A stretch of DNA of 64,000 nucleotides from a virus. The stretch is taken from the UHGV virus genome UHGV-0277313. One strand, written 5' to 3'. This document shows, piece by piece, positions 45,217 to 54,702 of this stretch. How positions within the stretch are numbered: the first letter of the stretch is position 1; every line of letters begins with the position of its first letter. The position numbers were made by a program, and so were the translations under genes. The notes under the pieces were generated by a model, which saw only the letters and a program-made list of their open reading frames with translations, searched no databases and was not told the origin of the DNA.

Positions 45217-46245
45217 ATGTACTATGATGGTAAATTAAAAGAGTTGGAACAGAAAATCGAAACTCTGGAAGATAAAGTTTTTGGTATGAATCGCAGCACG
45301 GAGAAGAATGAACAATCCTTTGCTGATCAAATTAAAACACTCAGACAAAAAACACAAAGCTGTTACAGACAGTTTGATGCCGCTCAAAGTGATGCCGAAA
45401 TGGACAAAAGTAAACAAGTTTGGCAATCCGAGATATCTGAATTAGAGACACTGCTTATTAAGGAATATGAGCGTATTAAAGAAGCAGTGAAAAATATTCC
45501 TTTTGGTTACATTGCTGAAAGTGTTGGTATTGATCCTGTGACAGGATATTGCAAGTGTATTTGGAAATGGTCAGCGACTGAACCGACCAAAGATACTGAA
45601 GGTGCTGGCTATGTAGATTTCAATACTAAAGATGTCAGTCGCGATGAATTCAAAAAGATTCGAGGCTTGATGAAAAAATATGGTCTCGATAAATTCTGTC
45701 TTTATGAAATCTCTGGTAAAAAGGAATATCCCTTGTGCTTCAAATGTGGTAAAGATGATTTGGTGACTAAAGAATCTGAAGAATCTAAATCATTAAATGA
45801 AGTTGCAAAGATGTTCAAACACGGTTGGTTGTGTCAAGATGAAGAACGAATCATGTGGGTTCCTAAACGTCCTAAAGGTTTGTCTTTGTGGAATAAACAG
45901 AAAGGCGGTGTGGAATTAAATGTTGAAATTGAGAAAACCAAAAACCCGTGTTACGTCGATTGCAAAACAGGAAAAAAGTTTTCCAGAATTTGGTTGAAAG
46001 ATGTGGAATTCCAAGAGTACGATGATTATCGATGCAGAACATTCACTCTTGACGAACTGGAAGAACATTTTATATGCGCCGGTAATAGCTTTACAGTGAA
46101 AGTAATGAAAGGTAATGAGGTCTTGCGCGATGATGAAACATTGGAACATTTAATCGACGAAATCAATTCCACGTATGAAGACTGGAATGCTATAAAAGGA
46201 AGATTTCCTGAAACGATTTGCTTAATCAAAATGTGGGGAGGCTGA
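45217..46245 (+). CDS. hypothetical protein
   Basis: ORF trimmed to ATG after aaaggagaaaagggATG; listed N-terminal extension overlaps previous gene. Confidence 0.55.
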   Translation: MYYDGKLKELEQKIETLEDKVFGMNRSTEKNEQSFADQIKTLRQKTQSCYRQFDAAQSDAEMDKSKQVWQSEISELETLLIKEYERIKEAVKNIPFGYIAESVGIDPVTGYCKCIWKWSATEPTKDTEGAGYVDFNTKDVSRDEFKKIRGLMKKYGLDKFCLYEISGKKEYPLCFKCGKDDLVTKESEESKSLNEVAKMFKHGWLCQDEERIMWVPKRPKGLSLWNKQKGGVELNVEIEKTKNPCYVDCKTGKKFSRIWLKDVEFQEYDDYRCRTFTLDELEEHFICAGNSFTVKVMKGNEVLRDDETLEHLIDEINSTYEDWNAIKGRFPETICLIKMWGG

Positions 46246-46247
46246 AG

Positions 46248-47108
46248 ATGATTGAATTCAACGGAACGGTGAAAGAGTTTTTGAAGAATTACCCGAAAGA
46301 AGAAAGAAAGGTCGGGGAAACGTATCGTATCATTACAACTAAAGGAAGTAATGATTATCAGTTTGTTGGCAGCGTGTCTGAAAAGAATTTCAAGAGGATT
46401 GAAAATAACAGCACTGTTGACAATGAAATTGATGGTGCAGAATTGGAACGTCAAGAAGATGAAAGACAGTTGTCTGAATTGAAACGGTTGGCTAAAAAGA
46501 TTTTAGAGGCTGAACCGACGTATGAAAGAGATTTGGGATCAATGTGTGAAAAAGTCTTGGCTTGTATCAATGCTGAAGATTTGGCATGTATCGCAAATGT
46601 TGCAGCAGTCAATCGTTTGATGGGACGTGTCGTATATATCCAAAATGATGAGGCATGTTGGGAAGTTAAGAAGAATGTTGATTGTGATATCTATGACTTC
46701 ATTGATAAGTTGGCAGAGACTATCAGATTGCAAAGTATCGGCGATAAAGAATTCACATTGCTTAACAAACTGTTGTATCAAGAAGATGCCGATAACTTTG
46801 CACGATTCTGTGATGAATGGAGAGACAAATGTTGTGATATCATGGAGTGTTGCAAACAGTTTTGCGGGTTTGACTTGAAAAAAGTTATTCGTCTGAATAA
46901 TTTGATACATCATTTATCAAACATTGAGGACGGGTATCTGGAATATTTGAACGAAATTGTCGATGATTATGCATGGTTTGGGGAAACGTTTAAGACCTAT
47001 TCCAAAAATACGGACGATTTCATTGTTCATAATATCGCAGAAGAGTTCAAAGACTTAAACCGGTATCTGATTAAACTGTTTGTAAATTACGGGGAGTTGG
47101 ACAAATGA
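46248..47108 (+). CDS. MIEF-family paralog 1 (conserved N-domain MIEFNGTVKEFLKNYPKEERK...EKNFKR)
   Basis: ORF from ATG after gggaggctgaagATG; N-terminal 60 aa shared with 52961 and 54993 genes. Confidence 0.6.
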   Translation: MIEFNGTVKEFLKNYPKEERKVGETYRIITTKGSNDYQFVGSVSEKNFKRIENNSTVDNEIDGAELERQEDERQLSELKRLAKKILEAEPTYERDLGSMCEKVLACINAEDLACIANVAAVNRLMGRVVYIQNDEACWEVKKNVDCDIYDFIDKLAETIRLQSIGDKEFTLLNKLLYQEDADNFARFCDEWRDKCCDIMECCKQFCGFDLKKVIRLNNLIHHLSNIEDGYLEYLNEIVDDYAWFGETFKTYSKNTDDFIVHNIAEEFKDLNRYLIKLFVNYGELDK

Positions 47109-47455
47109 CAAAGAAAGGTATCTTCAAAGAAATAGGTATTTCACCGTATATGGTGTTTCGCCTTAAAGATGAATATGACGAAGGATACTATTACAATGGA
47201 TTTGGTTGTCCGTATCAGAAAGGACATATCTATTGGGCAGTATCGAATGTTGTTCAAGAGAAGACAAGAGAGATTGCATCTTTTGTCAGCAAGTATCGCG
47301 GTGTGATGCAAGCACCTTCAACCGAATGCAAACAGCGTAAATGGATTGAAGAAGTGTTGCTGAAAGAATATGATATGGTATATCAAGGCAGATCGTTGGC
47401 AGATGCGATCGACTTCATGGAAAGACAAACGGATCAAGAAAGGATCGGAGAATGA
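47105..47455 (+). CDS. hypothetical protein
   Basis: 116-aa ORF, ATGA overlap. Confidence 0.5.
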   Translation: MTKKGIFKEIGISPYMVFRLKDEYDEGYYYNGFGCPYQKGHIYWAVSNVVQEKTREIASFVSKYRGVMQAPSTECKQRKWIEEVLLKEYDMVYQGRSLADAIDFMERQTDQERIGE

Positions 47456-47631
47456 AGACATTTCATATCAATATCAAACAGACAGTCAAGGGTTATTACA
47501 TTATCCGGGCTGATTCTGAAGAAGATGCACTTGATTTGGCACAAGGTTATCTTGAATTAGGTGAACATCTTGATAAAGAAACAGTTGTTGATGGGGAGGT
47601 TGTTGATGTCGAAGAGGTTGGAAAGTCTTGA
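47452..47631 (+). CDS. small hypothetical protein (59 aa)
   Basis: ATGA overlap with previous stop; below track cutoff. Confidence 0.35.
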   Translation: MKTFHINIKQTVKGYYIIRADSEEDALDLAQGYLELGEHLDKETVVDGEVVDVEEVGKS

Positions 47632-47920
47632 AGAGCTTGTAGATTTTCTGATGTCATCAACAATATCGGAAATAGATGAGGTCGGCTTTGATCCTGGTTT
47701 CAAAGACGGCCTCTTCTGTATATCCTATAAAGACATATCAGTTGCGTTTGACTTGAATGATAAATACATAGAACATCTGTATGTGTCTTTACAAGGAAAT
47801 CCAAAAGTGCAAAAAATCGACATTAATGATGATGTCGATGATGATGTCAGTCAGATAATCATAGACAAGTTCAACAAAATAATTGTTCCGATAGGTGAAC
47901 AATGTTTAGAAGGAGTTTAA
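47606..47920 (+). CDS. hypothetical protein (C-terminus IGEQCLEGV)
   Basis: ORF trimmed to ATG with SD ggggaggttgttgATG. Confidence 0.5.
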   Translation: MSKRLESLEELVDFLMSSTISEIDEVGFDPGFKDGLFCISYKDISVAFDLNDKYIEHLYVSLQGNPKVQKIDINDDVDDDVSQIIIDKFNKIIVPIGEQCLEGV

Positions 47921-47924
47921 AACA

Positions 47925-48503
47925 ATGGGACAGTATTTTTTGGCATACGTTCGCAAAAAGAACGCTAAAAGAGGAAAAGCTTTTAAAAGCCTTTGTGGTT
48001 TGAAATTGATGGAACATTCCTATATTGGGAATAAGTTAATGCAAGGGGTATGTAAATTGATTTATAAAACCCCTTCATATGTTGTGTGGAGTGGTGATTA
48101 CTTTGACTGTACAGAGGATCAAGAAAAGGCTGAGATGTCTTCGAATGATGTCTTTGTGGACTTCGCAAGATTGTGGAATAAGAGTGTCAAAGGGTTGTCA
48201 GAAGAGTTTGATATCACAAACAAGTTTCTTGTCAATCATGATATGAAGGTATATATCAATATGAGAGATTATATCGACATGTTAAAATGTGGCAAGATGA
48301 TTGATGAGGGTTGGGTTATTCACCCGTTATCATTGTTGACTGCAAATAGCAATGGTAAAGGCGGTGGCGACTATTGGGACAATTGTTTGAATTACGATCA
48401 GGTTGGGTCTTGGAATAATTGTTTGTTGGAGGTTACGGACGATATTCCTAAAGGCTATACAGACGTAACAGACGATGTGTTGTTCGACGATGGCGAAGAG
48501 TAA
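47925..48503 (+). CDS. hypothetical protein
   Basis: 192-aa ORF, SD gaaggagtttaaaacaATG. Confidence 0.55.
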   Translation: MGQYFLAYVRKKNAKRGKAFKSLCGLKLMEHSYIGNKLMQGVCKLIYKTPSYVVWSGDYFDCTEDQEKAEMSSNDVFVDFARLWNKSVKGLSEEFDITNKFLVNHDMKVYINMRDYIDMLKCGKMIDEGWVIHPLSLLTANSNGKGGGDYWDNCLNYDQVGSWNNCLLEVTDDIPKGYTDVTDDVLFDDGEE

Positions 48504-48695
48504 AACAAACTTTTATACAATTTGTGTGAATGATGTTGAAACGTTTTGTGATAATGGTATGATATTAGGTGTCTATGATTATCGAACAAGACGTTTCACA
48601 CAAATTGTCTGCCGTTTAAAAGAGGCACAAAAGGTTCCTTTTCAAGAATGGCGTTCTTCAAAAGAAGACCTTTTAATATAAAGGAGATGAAGACA

Positions 48696-49037
48696 ATGGA
48701 AAAAGAATTAATTGTTTGCGATAACTTTGGTAAACAGGTGCAGATAGGGGATATCATTGTCTTCGTTGAAACCTTCAAATATCGCGGTATAGAAAAATAT
48801 GGTTCAGCCTTGACGGTGGCAACAGTTATGGAAATAACAAACCGTAGGTTTAAATTGGCCCCTGTATACTTTTCTAAAGACGAGTATGAAGCATTAAAGA
48901 AACGCGGTGGTTACGCCGTATACAGTCCTTCCAAAAAACAATACATATCAACAGAAAAGAAATTCCTTGAACATCAATACAATGCTTTCTATATTGTTGG
49001 TCATGGTGATGGAAGTGTTGTACTAAACATTATATAA
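48696..49037 (+). CDS. hypothetical protein (C-terminus GDGSVVLNII)
   Basis: ORF trimmed to ATG after aaaggagatgaagacaATG. Confidence 0.55.
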   Translation: MEKELIVCDNFGKQVQIGDIIVFVETFKYRGIEKYGSALTVATVMEITNRRFKLAPVYFSKDEYEALKKRGGYAVYSPSKKQYISTEKKFLEHQYNAFYIVGHGDGSVVLNII

Positions 49038-49049
49038 AGGAGGGTCATT

Positions 49050-49382
49050 ATGTCAATGTACTATATCGATGACTTTGATGAAGAACGTTTTAAACAAATG
49101 AAGGAATGGTTAAAAGGTCGAGAACTTCCTGATGGTGAAGGACTTTTTATGTCTGTATTAGATAATGCCCCTATGTATACAGATCAAAACCCTGATGACT
49201 ATTTCAATATTGTTCATGCCCAAACAAAAGACCCTGATGATATCGGATTAAAAATTGTTCGTATCAATCAGAATCTGTTTAAATCCGATTATAGTTTCGA
49301 TAAATGTGAGCTGGTCCCTCAAGGCGAGGTATTATATATCGAACCTATCAATGCGGGTAAAAATACCCTGAACACAATCTGA
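49050..49382 (+). CDS. hypothetical protein (C-terminus AGKNTLNTI)
   Basis: 110-aa ORF, SD aaaggagggtcattATG. Confidence 0.55.
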   Translation: MSMYYIDDFDEERFKQMKEWLKGRELPDGEGLFMSVLDNAPMYTDQNPDDYFNIVHAQTKDPDDIGLKIVRINQNLFKSDYSFDKCELVPQGEVLYIEPINAGKNTLNTI

Positions 49383-49394
49383 ACCTCTTTCCTA

Positions 49395-49423
49395 TTGACA
49401 AATCGTTTAAATTAATATAACAA
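49395..49423 (+). promoter_or_regulatory. possible promoter sharing the TTCCTATTGACAAA box
   Basis: tttcctattgacaaatcg identical over 14 nt to 28641..28654; -10 weak (tataac/taacaa). Confidence 0.35.
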
Positions 49424-49460
49424 TTATCTTGAATGATGGTTGTTGTATAGGAGGTGTTGC

Positions 49461-49796
49461 ATGACGAAAGATATCAATGAGCTTTTAAGGTGGAAGTCGT
49501 TAATCAACATGTTGAAGGATAAGTGTCCTTTAACAACCAGTAACGGTTATGACGTATATGACATTGGCCTTGATGATATCGGCTATTGTTATGATGATAG
49601 AATTGTCCGCGTCAATTGTACTTTAAAGAGCAGGACGTTTTGTGAGCCGTTTATCGTGCAGCTTTACATCAATTTGGAATTGTTGACGAGATTGAGTCGT
49701 GTACCAGGTGAGCTTTTGGAATTTCATCACATATACAGAACAACATACAAATTGATGGAGAAACATATTGGCACACACACCTTAAACAATCTGTGA
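49461..49796 (+). CDS. hypothetical protein (C-terminus IGTHTLNNL)
   Basis: ORF from ATG after ataggaggtgttgcATG. Confidence 0.55.
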   Translation: MTKDINELLRWKSLINMLKDKCPLTTSNGYDVYDIGLDDIGYCYDDRIVRVNCTLKSRTFCEPFIVQLYINLELLTRLSRVPGELLEFHHIYRTTYKLMEKHIGTHTLNNL

Positions 49797-49810
49797 AAGA
49801 GTGGTGAACA

Positions 49811-50176
49811 ATGAAAAAGGAATTGGTGGAATTATGGGAGAAACGAAGAGAGAACATTAACAAAACTTTAAGAGATGTTCAGTTTTCTATTGTCGAGAAA
49901 AATGTTCTTTATCGATTTTCTTTTGGTCGCGTAATGGAATCAGCAGAAAAAGCCTTGAAGGGCAATGATGACCCTAAAAATTTGGTGCTGGATTGTTTGT
50001 GTATTTGGTATAGAAAAGACAGTGTAGCAACAATCACATTTGCTATTAGCTTTAAATCAGATTTTGTGGATCGTATATCAACAGTCCCTAGAGAGAATAT
50101 CGAAATTGTTGATTCAGACGACGGTATTGTCTGTCAAGAAAAAGAAATTGGAACAGTCGTGATGGAGATGGTATGA
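49811..50176 (+). CDS. hypothetical protein (C-terminus IGTVVMEMV)
   Basis: 121-aa ORF, SD agagtggtgaacaATG. Confidence 0.55.
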   Translation: MKKELVELWEKRRENINKTLRDVQFSIVEKNVLYRFSFGRVMESAEKALKGNDDPKNLVLDCLCIWYRKDSVATITFAISFKSDFVDRISTVPRENIEIVDSDDGIVCQEKEIGTVVMEMV

Positions 50177-50541
50177 TGAAGGATAAGAAATTGGAAAGAG
50201 AAACTAAACAGTTCGCAAGGTATATACGTAACCTGGAAAAAGTGTTGGCTGATAAGCAAGTATTCGTTGAGGACGAACGATATAAATTTCTGTTTGTTTT
50301 GCTTAATGAAACCGAAGCGTATAAACGGAATGCACTTTATCATAATCCTTCACATTACGAATTCAAGAGTTGTTTTCTAAGATACACTGGAGAGTGTGAA
50401 TATTTCAATGTGTATGTGGAGATTGAACTTTTGACACGTATCAGAAAATGTAAGAAGAAATCTTTACAATTACATGCGAAGGATAAAGATGTTATATTAG
50501 AGGAAATTCCTTGCGGGGAAGTGGTGTTGGGAGGGATATGA
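50173..50541 (+). CDS. hypothetical protein (C-terminus CGEVVLGGI)
   Basis: 122-aa ORF, ATGA overlap. Confidence 0.55.
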   Translation: MMKDKKLERETKQFARYIRNLEKVLADKQVFVEDERYKFLFVLLNETEAYKRNALYHNPSHYEFKSCFLRYTGECEYFNVYVEIELLTRIRKCKKKSLQLHAKDKDVILEEIPCGEVVLGGI

Positions 50542-50879
50542 TGAAAATAAGTACAGATACAGAGAAGTTCCGAAGGTTGCAAAATGTTTTAGTAGGTAAA
50601 CCTATTCTTGATACAGTCGTTTCACATGTTTCGAAGTCGGCAGATGTTTTAGCTGACTTTAATGACAATGCACAATATATCGTATTGAACATAGTACCTA
50701 AAACACGCAATTCATGGGAACTGATGAGTTGGACTGTGTATATGAAGGTAGAACTTTATAAACGCCCTAAACTTTTTCCGCTTTTGGAATTAGCTATACG
50801 TGATGATATGTTTCATTCCGGAAAGTGGATAGAGGTTGTCTTGCCAAGCATCGGGGAAACAACCTTAAACAAAATATAG
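50538..50879 (+). CDS. hypothetical protein (C-terminus IGETTLNKI)
   Basis: ATG overlapping previous stop; SD gggaggg. Confidence 0.55.
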   Translation: MMKISTDTEKFRRLQNVLVGKPILDTVVSHVSKSADVLADFNDNAQYIVLNIVPKTRNSWELMSWTVYMKVELYKRPKLFPLLELAIRDDMFHSGKWIEVVLPSIGETTLNKI

Positions 50880-50881
50880 TG

Positions 50882-50910
50882 TTGACAATTGTCTGACACT
50901 TTTATACAAT
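50882..50910 (+). promoter_or_regulatory. sigma70 consensus promoter (TTGACA-N17-TACAAT)
   Basis: ttgacaattgtctgacacttttatacaat, 30 nt upstream of 50942 start. Confidence 0.65.
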
Positions 50911-50941
50911 CAACCTTAACAAACCTTAAAGGAGAATAGCT

Positions 50942-51277
50942 ATGAGCAACAAACAGACCTATACGACATCTGAACTGATGTTTTCGATTGTTGAGAATTT
51001 GGAGAGACAGATTGTCAACATCAACGCGGTTATTGGTGTATTGAAAGAAACCGCTGAGGAAATGAAAGCACGTGAAGAAGACAATGTGTATGGTATTAAA
51101 CGTGAACAGTTTGAAGAAATTGCTAAACTGATTCATATGAAAAACAAGATGCAGAATGCCTTGAACAACATTGCACATGGTGAAATGACAGTTAAACCGT
51201 ATGGTACAGTGTTCATGGGTCGCGAAGAAGAAATCACTTTGCAACAATACGCAGAGGAAGCTTTAAAGGAGGATTGA
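50942..51277 (+). CDS. hypothetical protein
   Basis: 111-aa ORF, SD aaaggagaatagctATG. Confidence 0.55.
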   Translation: MSNKQTYTTSELMFSIVENLERQIVNINAVIGVLKETAEEMKAREEDNVYGIKREQFEEIAKLIHMKNKMQNALNNIAHGEMTVKPYGTVFMGREEEITLQQYAEEALKED

Positions 51278-51624
51278 ATATGAAGAATTGGGTAGGATAC
51301 AAAGGTCGATTGAAAAGCCTTTTATTGGCCGTTGATGAAATCTTGTATGCACAATATCAGGTACACGTCAGAGATTTCGACAAAGTTATCCGGTCCAATA
51401 TTCATTTCACCGATCAGTTGAAAAATAAAGAAGACACCGTGATGGTTTTAATCGACTTTAAATCCGAGACAGATGAAAGTTTGTTGTTGTCACAATGGTT
51501 TTACATTGATAAATCATTATTAAGACGATATAAAACCTTCACGGCCAGTATGATTGATTATTCAGATGATGAAAGTACAATCAAGGAAAAAGATATAGGG
51601 TGCCAAACCCTTTTCTCTGTATGA
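51274..51624 (+). CDS. hypothetical protein
   Basis: 116-aa ORF, ATGA overlap. Confidence 0.5.
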   Translation: MNMKNWVGYKGRLKSLLLAVDEILYAQYQVHVRDFDKVIRSNIHFTDQLKNKEDTVMVLIDFKSETDESLLLSQWFYIDKSLLRRYKTFTASMIDYSDDESTIKEKDIGCQTLFSV

Positions 51625-51649
51625 TTCTATCTGTATGAAAGGAAAAACA

Positions 51650-52168
51650 ATGACAAAGTTTTGTAAGTGCAACTTTAAGAAACCGTTAACAGAACAAACG
51701 TTAGATGGTGATTGGGTTGTTTCTTGTCATAATTGTGGTAAGGAAGTATCAGCTGAAACGAAGTTTGATGCGATTGCCAAATGGGATAAACAATACGGTA
51801 CGAATGTTTGTTTCTGTTGTGAATCAAGCAAGGTATTACCGAAGAATATCAACGCTGCTGAAAGTAATCTGTCTGTAAGTGAAATTGAAAAACGAGCTAA
51901 AAAAGATGCAACTGAAGGGGTTTGTATCTATACATTAAGCCCGTTATATTTACGGACATTAATTTCAAATATTAAGTGTTATGATGTATCGAATGATTGG
52001 TCTTTTGTCATTCTGAAAAACAATGGCGAAAAAATTAATGTTGATACATTCACGTTGTGTAAAGCAGTCGAGGACGATTACGGATATATGTTGTCTATTC
52101 CTATTGATGTGTTTATGCAACATGTTTTAGATGACAACAAAGCTGAAGACAAAGAAGAAGAGGAGTAA
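51650..52168 (+). CDS. Cys-rich hypothetical protein, paralog of 60415..60744 product
   Basis: MTKFCKCNF...CHNCGK...CFCCESSKVLPK...; shares CxxCESS-LPK...YT(L/M)SP(L/F)(Y/F)L block with 60415 gene. Confidence 0.55.
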   Translation: MTKFCKCNFKKPLTEQTLDGDWVVSCHNCGKEVSAETKFDAIAKWDKQYGTNVCFCCESSKVLPKNINAAESNLSVSEIEKRAKKDATEGVCIYTLSPLYLRTLISNIKCYDVSNDWSFVILKNNGEKINVDTFTLCKAVEDDYGYMLSIPIDVFMQHVLDDNKAEDKEEEE

Positions 52169-52174
52169 AGAATC

Positions 52175-52462
52175 ATGTCAAGAATTGAACGGTTGCGTGA
52201 AGACTATTTTAAAGCTGTTGAAGAAGACAATCAAGAACAGATGAATGAATTGTCTGATAAGATTTCTGAGATTCAACGTAGGCGCGTCTATCAAGCTTGT
52301 GTCGGATGTTTACGTATGTCTGATAATTTCAGTAACTATATGTCATATGTCAAACATTTCACTGAAGAAGCAATGAAGGAGATTTCACCGGCTGATGAAT
52401 CATATGAAATCGGAAGTTATTATACCAAAAACAAACGTCCGTGTGTAGTTGATTTTGATTAG
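52175..52462 (+). CDS. hypothetical protein
   Basis: 95-aa ORF, SD ggagtaaagaatcATG. Confidence 0.5.
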   Translation: MSRIERLREDYFKAVEEDNQEQMNELSDKISEIQRRRVYQACVGCLRMSDNFSNYMSYVKHFTEEAMKEISPADESYEIGSYYTKNKRPCVVDFD

Positions 52463-52472
52463 GTAGGTAAAC

Positions 52473-52784
52473 ATGACATTCCTAGAGATGATTCAAAATA
52501 TACATAACAATCTTAAATCAGGTCAATCAGCTGGTACATATATCCGCGATGAACAGGGTGAAAAACGTATCTTAGGTGAAGACTTGTGTTACATGGATAA
52601 ACCGTTGATTTATGAGATTGATGTGGAACACGTATATCCTGACGATGAAGTCAATAATGGTGATGTGGAAATGATTCGTCATAAAACATGTGCCCCTATT
52701 ACTTCAAATGACTTGATTGCGAATGATTGGCGTCAGTTGACTGATAAAGAAATTGAGGAGTATCAGGGACGCTTTCCAGGTTAA
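52473..52784 (+). CDS. hypothetical protein
   Basis: 103-aa ORF, SD ttaggtaggtaaacATG. Confidence 0.5.
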   Translation: MTFLEMIQNIHNNLKSGQSAGTYIRDEQGEKRILGEDLCYMDKPLIYEIDVEHVYPDDEVNNGDVEMIRHKTCAPITSNDLIANDWRQLTDKEIEEYQGRFPG

Positions 52785-52817
52785 GTTAACAATATCATAA
52801 GGAAACCAAAAAGAGGA

Positions 52818-52845
52818 ATTTTGCAAGTTGACAATTTTCCTCTTT
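52818..52845 (+). promoter_or_regulatory. sigma70 consensus promoter (TTGACA-N16-TATAAT) flanked by inverted repeat
   Basis: ttgacaattttcctctttttgttataat; aaagaggaatt / aattttcctcttt inverted repeat spans the -35. Confidence 0.65.
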
Positions 52846-52960
52846 TTGTTATAATAAACATGTAACATTAAGGAGATTGGTCATGAGAATGAAAATCAAG
52901 TTGAAAAAAGTCAGGATTCGTTAATCATCAAATCGCGACAACCTTAAGGAGATTAAAACA

Positions 52961-53740
52961 ATGATTGAATTTAAAGGTTCACAAAAGGCATTCTTCAAGG
53001 CATATCCGAAGGATAAAAGAAGTCTGAATGAAGTGTATCGTCTGATTTCCTATAACATCATTACTAAACAGGAAACCAAAACATGCTATCAGTTCATTGG
53101 TTCGTTGGGTGAAAAGAACTTTAAGAAAGTTGAAACACCTGAAGATGTTACAGTAACTGAAACTGTTACCGTTAATACAAAAGATACAAATGATACGAAC
53201 GTATCTGATGTACAAAAGGTAGATGATTTAGAATTTGCTAATCCTGATGATGACGTTAAAGAGAAGACTGAAGAAGTAACAGAAGTCAGTGAAGCAAAGG
53301 TGGAAGAAAAGACTGAAGCTGTTAAAGAAGAAAAGCCGAAAAAGAAAACAATCACCGCCAAAAGAAAAGAATTGTTGGACGCTTTTGATGTGTTGAGTGG
53401 AGTTATCGGCATTGAAATTGACGCCGATTGCCCTGTGGATTTCTTTGCATTGATGAATGTTATATCTGAATTCGAACGTGGTGACTTTAGTACTGAACCT
53501 TCGACATATGTTGATATGTTCAAGTATTTCCTGAACAAGTATCCTAAACACGCTAAAGAAATTCAGGTATGCATTGATTATCTGGAAGAAGTTTATAACG
53601 ACATTAGACAAAAGAAAAGCAGCTATGATAAACATGTTTATAACTTCTATAGTCATTGCGGTTTAGGTGCCGAAAAGGAGAAGAAGGAACAACGAAAAAG
53701 TAAAAGTCAAAGCAAGAGTCAGAGGGTACGTAAACGATGA
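52961..53740 (+). CDS. MIEF-family paralog 2 (acidic/Lys-rich middle, basic C-terminal tail)
   Basis: MIEFKGSQKAFFKAYPKDKRSLNEVYRLI...GEKNFKK N-domain. Confidence 0.6.
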   Translation: MIEFKGSQKAFFKAYPKDKRSLNEVYRLISYNIITKQETKTCYQFIGSLGEKNFKKVETPEDVTVTETVTVNTKDTNDTNVSDVQKVDDLEFANPDDDVKEKTEEVTEVSEAKVEEKTEAVKEEKPKKKTITAKRKELLDAFDVLSGVIGIEIDADCPVDFFALMNVISEFERGDFSTEPSTYVDMFKYFLNKYPKHAKEIQVCIDYLEEVYNDIRQKKSSYDKHVYNFYSHCGLGAEKEKKEQRKSKSQSKSQRVRKR

Positions 53741-53808
53741 TAATTGAAAATGCTTATGTACGGTTTTGAGATTGTTGGCAACATTCACAAAAACAATGGT
53801 GTTGAGAA

Positions 53809-54063
53809 ATGAAGATACAAGATATTTTAAATCAATCCAAGCCGTGTTGGAAATACGCGGCAATGGACCAAAATAAAAGGTGGCGTTGTTATACGGACAA
53901 ACCAAAATTATTATGGAGTTCTTTGGCAGAACAGCAAGGCTTCGACCCTTTTGAATGGGTTATGGTTGACGGCTATAAAATGCCTTGTCTTTCTGATTTC
54001 TTTGACATTGAACCGTTTGACGGTGATTGGAAAGACAGTCTGATTTGTAGAGAGGAGTGCTGA
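53809..54063 (+). CDS. hypothetical protein
   Basis: 84-aa ORF. Confidence 0.45.
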   Translation: MKIQDILNQSKPCWKYAAMDQNKRWRCYTDKPKLLWSSLAEQQGFDPFEWVMVDGYKMPCLSDFFDIEPFDGDWKDSLICREEC

Positions 54064-54224
54064 CTATGATTTGGTGTTTTGTAGTTAGAGTTGTATTTAA
54101 AGACGGAAGAATCGAGGAACAGAGCTTTGCCAGAGAAAGAGACGCATGTGTGTTTTTCGGCGAACTAAAAAATAGAGAAGATGTCAGTAGTGTTAGCTTT
54201 TATATCAAATAAGGATTGCGGATT

Positions 54225-54455
54225 ATGGCAACGTTTGAAGAAATGACCGATGAAGAACGCAAAGCCGTTTATGATGAAACATACAAAGACATAGATGGTT
54301 GTTGCTATCCCTGGGAAGAACCTTTTGAAGCTATGAATGGGGTTTGTCCTGATTGCGGGAGGGCCACAACAAATGGCAAATGTGTTTGTGGCTGTTGCTA
54401 TTCTGGGTGTGTTTGTGATACTTGCGGGGCGTGTCCGTGTGATATGTCTTGTTGA
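54225..54455 (+). CDS. Cys-rich small protein (metal-binding-like)
   Basis: C-terminal 50 aa contain 15 Cys (CCYPWEE...CPDCGRATTNGKCVCGCCYSGCVCDTCGACPCDMSC). Confidence 0.5.
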   Translation: MATFEEMTDEERKAVYDETYKDIDGCCYPWEEPFEAMNGVCPDCGRATTNGKCVCGCCYSGCVCDTCGACPCDMSC

Positions 54456-54469
54456 ATGGAGTGCGAATT

Positions 54470-54691
54470 ATGACAACGTGGTTAGTAGCATTTAAAGAGA
54501 GAACCTTTCTTACAATGGTTGAAGGTGGTTGCATAAAAACTTCTTTGATCAGTGAAACAATAAAAACAGAAATAAATAATTGTTTTGAACCAACAGAAGA
54601 GGGAATTAAAATTTTCAAGAAGTTCCACGAAGGCGTAGATGGACATTATTCGATTGAAATAGAAGTTTTATCCTGGTCTGAAATAAAATAG
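54470..54691 (+). CDS. hypothetical protein
   Basis: ORF from ATG after ggagtgcgaattATG. Confidence 0.5.
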   Translation: MTTWLVAFKERTFLTMVEGGCIKTSLISETIKTEINNCFEPTEEGIKIFKKFHEGVDGHYSIEIEVLSWSEIK

Positions 54692-54702
54692 GAGTGCGGA
54701 CT

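Noticed and set aside
48475-48681. 68-aa ORF overlapping the end of 47925..48503
   Set aside because: No RBS before either candidate ATG; may be a real short gene, but support is insufficient, so it is not listed as a feature.
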